Source: Candidatus Poribacteria bacterium
GTDB taxonomy: Bacteria > Poribacteria > WGA-4E > WGA-3G
DNA: 64,000 nt
Direction: 5' to 3'
Assembly: GCA_965232115.1 (NCBI GenBank)
Contig: OZ246958.1
Location: forward strand, 4,098,841 to 4,162,840
The translations under genes and the position numbers were made by a program. Below, one piece after another: positions 20,153 through 28,550 of this stretch. The first letter of the stretch is position 1; each line of letters opens with the position of its first letter. The notes beneath the pieces were generated by a model that saw only the letters and a list, made by a program, of their open reading frames with translations, was not told the origin of the DNA and ran no database searches.

Positions 20153-22306
20153 ATGCGTTCCAGAATAGCTTTATTGGTATTGGTAGTGGTTGCAGCAATA
20201 AATTTAAACGTCAGAGCCAGCAAAGAAATTAGACCCTTGCTAACACAAGAAACAATCGAAATTGACGGACATCTCAATGAAGAGGCTTGGACAGAGGCAC
20301 AAGTTATCGACGACTTTACGCAACAATCACCCGATGAAGGGCAACCCATTAGCGAACGCACTGAGGTGCGGATGTTGTACGACACAGAGAAACTTTATAT
20401 CGGATTTGAATGCTACGACTCCGAACCCGAAAAAGTCGTTGCCAACGAGATGCGGCGCGACGGGCAGCTTTGGCAAAATGATAACGTTTACGTGATGCTC
20501 GATACCTACGGTGACAAACGACAGTGCTTTTTCTTTCGGATGAATGCCCTTGGTGCGATGTCAGACACCGCAGTCACGGATGGTGGGGAGAACCTTAACG
20601 GGAGCTGGGATTGTATCTGGGAAGCGGGCGGACAGCGACACGATAAAGGATGGACGGTCGAAATCGCGATTCCCTTTAACCAGCTGCGGTTCAAAAAGAG
20701 CGACTCGATGGTATGGGGCGTGAATTTTGGACGGAACATCGCGCGAAAGAACGAAACATCGCAATGGATACAAGTGCCTCGCAGCGAGAGTTGGCCCGGC
20801 ACCTATCACCCTACCTATCAAGGCAAAGTGATTGGACTCCAAGGCATCACATCGCCATCCTATTTTGATGTCAAACCGTACCTCCTCGGCGGGTTGGCGA
20901 GGAATCTCGACGATACAATTTGGAAGCGGACAACCGAAGGCGACCTCGGGCTTGATATGAAATACGGAATAACGTCAAACCTGACACTGGACTGGACTGT
21001 AAACACCGATTTCGCGCAGGTAGAGGCAGACCAGGAAGAGGTCAACCTCACACGATTCGATCTCTTTTTCCCCGAACGCCGCGAATTTTTTCTTGAGGGC
21101 AGCGGACTGTTCGCCTTCGGTGCAGGTATCGGAGATTTCGGTCCACCCCCGTTGTCGGTTTTTTACAGCCGTCGGATCGGTATCGAAAACGAACAACAGG
21201 TTCGACTCCTTGGTGGCGGTAAACTCACAGGGAAAGTCGGACCCTACAGTATCGGTGCGCTCAATATGACGACCGATGCTACATCGGACGTACCGTTGAC
21301 GAATTTCTCTGTGCTAAGAATGCAGCGCGATATACTCAGCGATTCAAGTATGGGTTTCATTCTCACTAACCGACAAAGTGACGTTACCGGCAACTACCAT
21401 CGCAACGGTGGGGTAGATTTATTTTTTCGACCACACGATCAGTGGCGGATGCGCGCAATGACCGTCGGCAGTTGGTCTCCAGAGCCCGACGAAAGCGATT
21501 TCGCATGGTATCTCTCAAATGATTGGCGCAACGACCAATTCCGCATTAACGCCTCTTATCTCGACATCGGTCCTGAATTTACAAGCAAAATGGGATTCGT
21601 AAATCGGACAGACATCCGCTCGTTGATGTTGAATACCAGTTACGAACGCCAAATCAGACAGTACAGCATACGAGACGTTGGCGCGCTCTTCTCTGGCAGC
21701 TATCTGTTGGACCACGATAACAGTCTCATCGGTTGGGACCTATCCACCGGTGGGAGTATGCTCTGGGACTCTGATGACGGATTCAATCTTGATTTCAAAC
21801 GGGTCTTTGATCGTGTTGACGAACCTTTCACAATCAGTGATGTTGAGATTCCGGCTGGCGATTACGAGATGAACGAGGTCTCGCTCACTGTTTTCACCCA
21901 GACCAGCCGTCCGTTTAGCGTATTCGGTGGAATAGACTTTGGGGATTACTTTAACGGCAACCGTGTCGGTTTCGACATAGATAGCCAGTGGCGGATGACC
22001 TATCAACTGGCGATCGAAACGCGATACCAGCGCAATTGGATTAAATTGCCTGAAAGCGAACGCTTTACAACAAACGTCATTGGTACCCGCATTAGTTACG
22101 CGTTGAACACCCGTTTCTTTACCAAACTGTACGCACAGTGGAATGACGATGCCCAACGTGCAAGCGCGAACTTCTTGATTAATTACATCTATCGTCCGGG
22201 TAGCGATTTCTATCTCGTGTACGATCAGGCATGGAACACATCGGAAGGTCTCAACGGACACGAATGGACGGTTTTGAGTAAGTTTACCTATCTATTCAGT
22301 CTGTAG
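20153..22306 (+). CDS. secreted DUF5916/CBM9-like domain protein
   Basis: Signal peptide (LLVLVVVAAINLNVRA). N-terminal IEIDGHLNEEAW..IDDF resembles the CBM9-like head of DUF5916 proteins. 717 aa. Confidence 0.45.
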   Translation: MRSRIALLVLVVVAAINLNVRASKEIRPLLTQETIEIDGHLNEEAWTEAQVIDDFTQQSPDEGQPISERTEVRMLYDTEKLYIGFECYDSEPEKVVANEMRRDGQLWQNDNVYVMLDTYGDKRQCFFFRMNALGAMSDTAVTDGGENLNGSWDCIWEAGGQRHDKGWTVEIAIPFNQLRFKKSDSMVWGVNFGRNIARKNETSQWIQVPRSESWPGTYHPTYQGKVIGLQGITSPSYFDVKPYLLGGLARNLDDTIWKRTTEGDLGLDMKYGITSNLTLDWTVNTDFAQVEADQEEVNLTRFDLFFPERREFFLEGSGLFAFGAGIGDFGPPPLSVFYSRRIGIENEQQVRLLGGGKLTGKVGPYSIGALNMTTDATSDVPLTNFSVLRMQRDILSDSSMGFILTNRQSDVTGNYHRNGGVDLFFRPHDQWRMRAMTVGSWSPEPDESDFAWYLSNDWRNDQFRINASYLDIGPEFTSKMGFVNRTDIRSLMLNTSYERQIRQYSIRDVGALFSGSYLLDHDNSLIGWDLSTGGSMLWDSDDGFNLDFKRVFDRVDEPFTISDVEIPAGDYEMNEVSLTVFTQTSRPFSVFGGIDFGDYFNGNRVGFDIDSQWRMTYQLAIETRYQRNWIKLPESERFTTNVIGTRISYALNTRFFTKLYAQWNDDAQRASANFLINYIYRPGSDFYLVYDQAWNTSEGLNGHEWTVLSKFTYLFSL

Positions 22307-22350
22307 GATTTGTAGGTGTGATAGTTACATTGTAGCAGACTTTGTTTATC

Positions 22351-22379
22351 TTGATATTTCCTGTTTAGACTGCTATAAT
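22351..22379 (+). promoter_or_regulatory. sigma70-like promoter (TTGATA-17nt-TATAAT)
   Basis: Read directly. It lies ~60 nt upstream of the 22439 start. Confidence 0.45.
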
Positions 22380-22438
22380 TGTGAGTGCCAATACGACAAT
22401 CAACATCAAAAATCAACACTAAAATAGGAGGGAAAGAA

Positions 22439-22852
22439 ATGAGACACACCACACAAATTGAACTCGAAAATCTATATGACTTGGTAGCCGTAAAGTTAGG
22501 CGTTATGAAACCGGAAGACGTGCGGCGGCTTACCGTCCCAGATGCCCTCGTTGATACCGGTGCGACGGGGCTTTGCTTACCGACTTCTCTCATTGAACAA
22601 CTCGGTCTCACGCCTATTGAAATGACGCGAGCTCGTGCAGCTACCGGCATTGTTGAGCGCATCCTCTATTCAGAAGTTCAATTTACGATTCTGGGACGCA
22701 CAAGGTCAATACAAGTTACCGATCTGCCTGAGGGGTCCCCTGTTCTCGTTGGACACATGGTATTGGAACATCTCGATCTCTGTCTTGATATAAAAGAGGG
22801 ACTTATCTATAATCCCGCACACGATGGCGAATGGATTATAGAAATTCTCTAA
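22439..22852 (+). CDS. retropepsin-like (clan AA) aspartic protease
   Basis: Catalytic VDTGATGL motif, ~137 aa, GGAGGG RBS. Confidence 0.65.
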   Translation: MRHTTQIELENLYDLVAVKLGVMKPEDVRRLTVPDALVDTGATGLCLPTSLIEQLGLTPIEMTRARAATGIVERILYSEVQFTILGRTRSIQVTDLPEGSPVLVGHMVLEHLDLCLDIKEGLIYNPAHDGEWIIEIL

Positions 22853-22860
22853 CAACTGAT

Positions 22861-23457
22861 ATGGAAATTTCAAATATGACACAACCAGATAATTTTGCAG
22901 AACATAATATTCACTTGGAAACGGAGCGTCTGATACTGCGACCCTTTAAGGAAGCCGATTTTGACATTGCGGTACCTTTTTACAACGAACCTGAGTTTCT
23001 GGAAGCAATGGAGGGAGAGCCACCCGACGAACCTATAACAAAGGAATACCTCAAAAGTGCGGGCAAATACATGAGGAAAGATGGATTTCTGTTTGCGATC
23101 ATAGAAAAGACGAGCGGCAGAACGATTGGCGAGGTGTGTTTACAGTGGATGAACTTGGAACGAGCGAAAATTGAGGGTGAAAAAGTGATGCGGTCACCCA
23201 TCGGAATCTGGGATAAGACATTGTGGGGTAAAGGCTATGGAAAAGAGGTTATCCGGTGCTTGATGGCGCACGCTTTTGAAAAATTAGGGATTGATCGTTT
23301 CTGTCCAGTAGATGTCAACGTTGACAACCCCCGCTCAAAAAGGTTGTGGGAGTCGCTTGGATTCACGGTTGTACGAGAAGTGGACGATGGAAAGACGTTG
23401 GACTTTGAAATTACACGCGCAGCATACGAAAAATCAACTCAAGGGACACTTGAATAG
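22861..23457 (+). CDS. GNAT-family N-acetyltransferase (RimL/RimJ-like)
   Basis: LETERLILRPFKEADFD start typical of the RimL family. The start codon is uncertain; Met codons are at 22831, 22861 and 22876. Confidence 0.65.
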   Translation: MEISNMTQPDNFAEHNIHLETERLILRPFKEADFDIAVPFYNEPEFLEAMEGEPPDEPITKEYLKSAGKYMRKDGFLFAIIEKTSGRTIGEVCLQWMNLERAKIEGEKVMRSPIGIWDKTLWGKGYGKEVIRCLMAHAFEKLGIDRFCPVDVNVDNPRSKRLWESLGFTVVREVDDGKTLDFEITRAAYEKSTQGTLE

Positions 23458-23484
23458 CGTCCGCAATCAAAGGAACAACCTTAT

Positions 23485-24837
23485 ATGTTCAGTAGACAAC
23501 TCGCCGAGCGTGCAGCGACAAACAATCCGATTCGTGTGGGTATCATTGGTGCCGGGAAATTCGGTGCGGGGTTGGTCGCGCAGCTTTCACAAATGGAAGG
23601 TATCGTAGCGAGCGCGATTGCCGACATCAATCTGGCACACGCCACAAACGCTTATGTTGCCAGCAATGTCCCAGTTGACGCAATCTCACGCGTTCAGGAT
23701 ACGAACACCTTGAACGACACCATCCGCAGTTGGAAACGAGCAATTACTGTAGATGGAATGCATATTATCCAATCGGATCTCATCGATGTGGTTGTCGAAG
23801 CAACCGGTATCCCGGAAGTCGGGGCAGAAATGGCTTACCACACCCTGATGCACAAAAAGCATCTCGTGATGGTTAACGTCGAGACAGATGTTACCGTCGG
23901 TTCGTTCCTGAGACGCTTGGCGGATAATGCTGGTGTTGTCTATACCCTCGTTGACGGTGACCAGCCCGGTGTGACGATGAACATCGTTGAGTGGGCAAAA
24001 ACGCTTGGTTTCGAGATTGTCGCTGCGGGGCGAGGCACAGTCTTTTATGATGACGACCGCGCTGGAATACCCGATACCGTTCCGCAACGGTTCGGGTTTA
24101 GTGAAGAACTCATTGAACGGCGCACGATTAACTTCAAGATGTTCAACTCGTTCCGAGATGGTTCAAAGGCGCAGATTGAGATGACCTCGTTGGCGAACAT
24201 GGCTGGACTCCCACCCGATATTCGCGGGATGCACGAACCTTCAGTGAACATTTCCGACATCGCCCAAGTCTTCAGCACAAAAGAAGCAGGCGGCATTTTG
24301 AGCCGCCACGGTGTCGTCGAACTCGCAAACAGCATCGCAACCGATGGCAAGACGATGTTAGACGATCCACTTCGGATGGGCGTGTTCGTTGTGATTCGGA
24401 CGGATCACCCGTTTACACAAGAAGACCTCGCCAGTTACAACCTACATCCGGGTGGCGACGGTCAGAACTACCTTCTCTATCGTCCGTACCACCTTGTAGC
24501 CGTTGAAGCTCCAATTTCGATTGCGAAAGCTGCGCTTTACGGACAACCAACGGGGACACCGTTGCCGACACCGGTCGCCGATGTCATAACGGTTGCCAAA
24601 CGCAACCTGAAAGTCGGAGAGGTGCTTGATGGCAGCGGTGGGTATACCGTTAACGGTCTGATTGAGAAGGCAGAAATTGCGCGTGCTGAGAATCTACTTC
24701 CCCTCGGTCTGGCTTATGATGTCAAACTCAAACGCGATATCTCCCAAGGGGAAGCGATCTCTTACGATATGATAGAACTCAACGAGGATTCCTTCGTTCT
24801 CAAACTGCGTCGTCTCCAAGACGCGACCGTCTGGTAA
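23485..24837 (+). CDS. NAD(P)-binding oxidoreductase with a C-terminal SAF domain (COG4091-like 'predicted homoserine dehydrogenase')
   Basis: N-terminal IRVGIIGAGKFG Rossmann motif. Length and C-terminal beta-rich region are consistent with SAF-domain proteins. Confidence 0.5.
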   Translation: MFSRQLAERAATNNPIRVGIIGAGKFGAGLVAQLSQMEGIVASAIADINLAHATNAYVASNVPVDAISRVQDTNTLNDTIRSWKRAITVDGMHIIQSDLIDVVVEATGIPEVGAEMAYHTLMHKKHLVMVNVETDVTVGSFLRRLADNAGVVYTLVDGDQPGVTMNIVEWAKTLGFEIVAAGRGTVFYDDDRAGIPDTVPQRFGFSEELIERRTINFKMFNSFRDGSKAQIEMTSLANMAGLPPDIRGMHEPSVNISDIAQVFSTKEAGGILSRHGVVELANSIATDGKTMLDDPLRMGVFVVIRTDHPFTQEDLASYNLHPGGDGQNYLLYRPYHLVAVEAPISIAKAALYGQPTGTPLPTPVADVITVAKRNLKVGEVLDGSGGYTVNGLIEKAEIARAENLLPLGLAYDVKLKRDISQGEAISYDMIELNEDSFVLKLRRLQDATVW

Positions 24838-24862
24838 CCTTTCCGTGCTGGCTCTTCGTCAA

Positions 24863-25879
24863 CTATTCCCAGGGATGCAGCACGACCTTACCGCACTCTC
24901 CGGTGGCTTGGAGTTCCCATGCCTGTTGCACGTCACGCATCGGGAAGGTGTGTGTGATAAAGGTGTCTATCTGATCGGATACAGACTGAATGACCTGCAT
25001 TAATTTGGGATAATCCCCAAGGTTGTAGTGCCAATTCCCGCGGAGGACAATCCCCTTCCGAATCATATCCCGACTCGCACCGAGCGGAAACTCTCCACCT
25101 TCACCGACGAATGTAACCTGTCCCTTCCTGCGTGCTGCATCGACCATTAACCGATGCGCGGCGGATGCACCTGAGCAATCCACAGCTTTGTCAACACCGA
25201 CCCCATCTGTGAAGTCGAGAATTTGTTCAAGGACATCCGAATCCGTTGGGTTGAACACCGCCTCTGCGCCTAACTTCTTGGCGAGTTCTGCCCGATAGGG
25301 ATGGCTTTCCACGCCGATGACACGCGCCCCGCGATAGTGTGCGTTGATAATACCGCCTAACCCAACCGGACCTAAGCCGGTAACCATGACGGTATCCAAG
25401 GCGTTGACCTGCATCTGTTCCATTGCCCCAAATGTCGGCCCGAGTCCACAACACGCCATTCCTGCGTGTTCATAACTCACACTGTCTGGGATTGGAGACA
25501 GCAATTCGTCCATTTTGTGGAGATATTGCGCGTAAGTTGCCGAAGCTGCTTCTGTACCGAGGGTTTCGCTGACGCGACGCGGACTCTGGCAGTGGATATG
25601 TTCCCCGACAACACACAGCGAACACTTACCGCAACCGCTCTGAGGTTGCACGACAACGCGGTCTCCGACTTTGACACGACCGGGTTGTGCGACTTCAACG
25701 ACTTCACCCGCGGCTTCGTGTCCAAAGTGTTCGCCAGTACCTCCGCCTATAAATCCTTTATACTCCGTACACATCGGAACGGCATGAATCTTGACAACGA
25801 CAACATCCCCAGCTGCCCGAGGATCCGGCTTCTCAACGACACCGCCTTTACCTTCACCAAACATTGCTGCGACCTGCAT
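24863..25879 (-). CDS. zinc-dependent alcohol dehydrogenase (MDR family)
   Basis: GHEAAGEVVEV catalytic-zinc motif, Cys-rich structural-zinc loop (CGKCSLC), GLGPVGLG cofactor motif. Confidence 0.8.
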   Translation of the reverse strand: MQVAAMFGEGKGGVVEKPDPRAAGDVVVVKIHAVPMCTEYKGFIGGGTGEHFGHEAAGEVVEVAQPGRVKVGDRVVVQPQSGCGKCSLCVVGEHIHCQSPRRVSETLGTEAASATYAQYLHKMDELLSPIPDSVSYEHAGMACCGLGPTFGAMEQMQVNALDTVMVTGLGPVGLGGIINAHYRGARVIGVESHPYRAELAKKLGAEAVFNPTDSDVLEQILDFTDGVGVDKAVDCSGASAAHRLMVDAARRKGQVTFVGEGGEFPLGASRDMIRKGIVLRGNWHYNLGDYPKLMQVIQSVSDQIDTFITHTFPMRDVQQAWELQATGECGKVVLHPWE

Positions 25880-26061
25880 AAAAACTCTAACAACCCAGGC
25901 TTCCCGCATCCCCAAAAGACCGATGGGGTTCTTACCACGGAAAGAAAAGGTGCCTCCTGATAAAAATATTTAGTGGAAATAGAATAACATAGTGGCTATG
26001 ATCAATCAAGCCTAATTTTAGATTCGGGTTCCCCTTACGCGGCGCGAAATAAGATTCAATG

Positions 26062-26814
26062 TTATTGCCGCCTTAAAAGGTTAGCTAAAGGTCTATACTC
26101 ACTATCCTGAGATAACTCCACAGGAACGACGTTTCCGTTACGTTTGAAGAACTTGTATGCCTTTCCAGTAGGTGCAGAGGTGAGAACACGATACTGCTCA
26201 CCGACGATTTCAATCGCGGCGTTGTTATCACAAGCGATTCCGATGCCCCCGCGTTTTGCGATCATCTCGGAAAAAGAAGTCTCACGCCCTTCAAAATGAT
26301 AATGTGGACAGTATATTGCATTAATGAACCCGAGTCCTCTGACGCGGATATAGTCCCACTTCGGATTACTCGAGAAAGAGCGAGAATCGCTATGTCCGTA
26401 TTTAAACCAGCAGATCGCACCAGCACTGAGACCCGATAGCACAGTCCCGCGGGATGCAGCTTCTGTCAACACGGCATCTAATCCCAATCGCCGCCACAGT
26501 TTCATCATCCGATAGGTATTCCCGCCACCAACATAGACGAGGTCTGAGTCCAATACCAATGCGGACATCTCCTCAAACCCTGGCGGATTTTGAGTGAGTG
26601 TGAGAATGCGCGTTTGACATCCAAAATGTCCACCGTAATACGCTTCAAAGGTGTCAATGTATCCAGGGGCATCGCTACTGGCAGTTGGTATAAAAAGTGC
26701 CTTGGGCTGTGTTTTACCTGTTAATTCAATGATACGCTTGTCAATCGCAGCGGTTTCTTGTGCACTGATTTCTCCGCCACCGACTGCGACGATCTTAGGA
26801 ACTGTTTTCATCAA
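26062..26814 (-). CDS. peptidase S51-family protein (dipeptidase E/cyanophycinase-like)
   Basis: YVGGGNT and LSGLSAGA (nucleophile Ser) motifs. Confidence 0.65.
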   Translation of the reverse strand: MMKTVPKIVAVGGGEISAQETAAIDKRIIELTGKTQPKALFIPTASSDAPGYIDTFEAYYGGHFGCQTRILTLTQNPPGFEEMSALVLDSDLVYVGGGNTYRMMKLWRRLGLDAVLTEAASRGTVLSGLSAGAICWFKYGHSDSRSFSSNPKWDYIRVRGLGFINAIYCPHYHFEGRETSFSEMIAKRGGIGIACDNNAAIEIVGEQYRVLTSAPTGKAYKFFKRNGNVVPVELSQDSEYRPLANLLRRQ

Positions 26815-26985
26815 TCGTCTCCTAAACCTTCTTATCCTTTTATTTCGAGAATAAGAATAATAATAGCAGATTCAACAAACATTGTCAAAAAACCTTCGGA
26901 AATTTAACTGCAATTTCATCAACAACTGTGTTAAAATAAAAGCAGAGAAGCATAAACAGTATCCGCAACTTCTTGAGGGGGAAAA

Positions 26986-27741
26986 ATGACATCCGAAAAG
27001 AGAGGCTTAACACCTACGCAAAAAGCGTTCTATCAGGAAAACGGGTATCTCGTCCTTGAAAGCGTCTTCTCAGCGGAAGAATGTCAAAGTTTTGTAGCGC
27101 ACATGGAAGACCTTCACACAGGGCATAAACATCTCGAAGGATTCTTTCAACAGGATAAATATGGGGCTCGTACCTTTAATCAGCATCTATATGACCAACG
27201 TGTATTGGACTTGCTGATCAATTCGCGCTTACACAAGCCACTCACAGACTGCTTTGGCGGGGAACCAGAAGGCATCCAGACGATGCACTTTTACGAAGGT
27301 TCAGAGCATCCATTCCATCAAGACCAATACTATCTGCCCGACTGCATGTCTGCGTGGATCGCGATGGTCAGTGTTGATGAGAATAACGGTCCCCTCATCG
27401 TACAACCGGGTTCACATAAAGGTCAATTAGTTACGAAAAAGGACGTGCCGATGACCTTTCTACCGGGAGAAACCTACGAGCAACAACAGCACAATCGCTA
27501 TTTTCCAGCAGTCAAACAAGTTTTTGAAGAAAATGGCGTGGATGCGGTTCAAGTTATGGTGAACGCTGGAGATGTGATTCTCTTTGACGGCAAATTAATC
27601 CACGGCGGTGCAGAAATTCTGCAGCCCGGTACCCGTAGACATGCGTTAGCGTGCCATTATATCCCTTACGCCTCCGAAAACTGGGAACGCGATTGGCCGC
27701 GATTCTCATTTGATGGAAGTCAGCGAATTCATTATGAATAA
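26986..27741 (+). CDS. phytanoyl-CoA dioxygenase (PhyH) family protein
   Basis: HQDQYYL motif, with a downstream His (IHGG). Confidence 0.7.
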   Translation: MTSEKRGLTPTQKAFYQENGYLVLESVFSAEECQSFVAHMEDLHTGHKHLEGFFQQDKYGARTFNQHLYDQRVLDLLINSRLHKPLTDCFGGEPEGIQTMHFYEGSEHPFHQDQYYLPDCMSAWIAMVSVDENNGPLIVQPGSHKGQLVTKKDVPMTFLPGETYEQQQHNRYFPAVKQVFEENGVDAVQVMVNAGDVILFDGKLIHGGAEILQPGTRRHALACHYIPYASENWERDWPRFSFDGSQRIHYE

Positions 27742-27855
27742 AATGAGCGTAGCAACTCGTAAAAAAAGCATTGAAAATTGACATATCACAACTTGTATGT
27801 TATTCTTAATGACTAACCCCTTAGCAATTTGATAACCCTTTTAGGAGGTGGAACC

Positions 27856-28527
27856 ATGCAGCAAAAAGTCGTGTCTGCTCCAACACCCTTCTATCCCTCT
27901 TCAGATGGTAAACCTATGGCAGAAACTGATTGGCATCGTAAACTACTTATGGACCTCCTTCAAATGATTGAACATCACTTTCGGGAACATGATGATGTTT
28001 ATGTTTCTGGAGATCTGTTAATCTATTACGAAATGGGCGATGCAACGAAATCGGTTGCCCCCGATGTTTTTGTCGTTCGGGGAGTCGCGAAAAAGCAGCG
28101 TGGCACCTATCTGACCTGGGAGGAATCTCACACACCCGATTTTGTGATAGAACTTGCAAGTCCGAGCACAGTTCAGCATGATCTAACCCGGAAGAAAGAT
28201 TTATATGAGTCTGTTCTGAAAGTGCAGGAATATTACATCTATGACCCACGCCATCAAATACGGCCACATTTCATAGGTTTTCATTTGGTTGATGGCGCGT
28301 ATGAGGAAATGGCATTTGTGAATGAACGTCTTCCGTCATCGGTGTTGAACTTAGAACTCGGTGAGCGCGATGGGATGTTGGGCTTGTATGATCCTGAGAT
28401 AGAGCAGTGGTTGGAACCTCCCCAAGAACGTGCTGAACAGGAAGCCCTTGCTCGTGAACACGCTGAGGCTGAACTGGCAAAGGCTTTGGCAACGCTTGAA
28501 CGCCTCCAGGCTGAAGATAGAAACTGA
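27856..28527 (+). CDS. Uma2-family (DUF820) restriction-endonuclease-fold protein with a coiled-coil tail
   Basis: PD-(D/E)xK-like core: D(V/I)F...E..(S/T).. pattern (PDVFVV, FVIELASPST). AGGAGG RBS. E/A/R-rich C-terminal tail. Confidence 0.65.
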   Translation: MQQKVVSAPTPFYPSSDGKPMAETDWHRKLLMDLLQMIEHHFREHDDVYVSGDLLIYYEMGDATKSVAPDVFVVRGVAKKQRGTYLTWEESHTPDFVIELASPSTVQHDLTRKKDLYESVLKVQEYYIYDPRHQIRPHFIGFHLVDGAYEEMAFVNERLPSSVLNLELGERDGMLGLYDPEIEQWLEPPQERAEQEALAREHAEAELAKALATLERLQAEDRN

Positions 28528-28550
28528 CCTCTCACATAGGAGAAAATACA

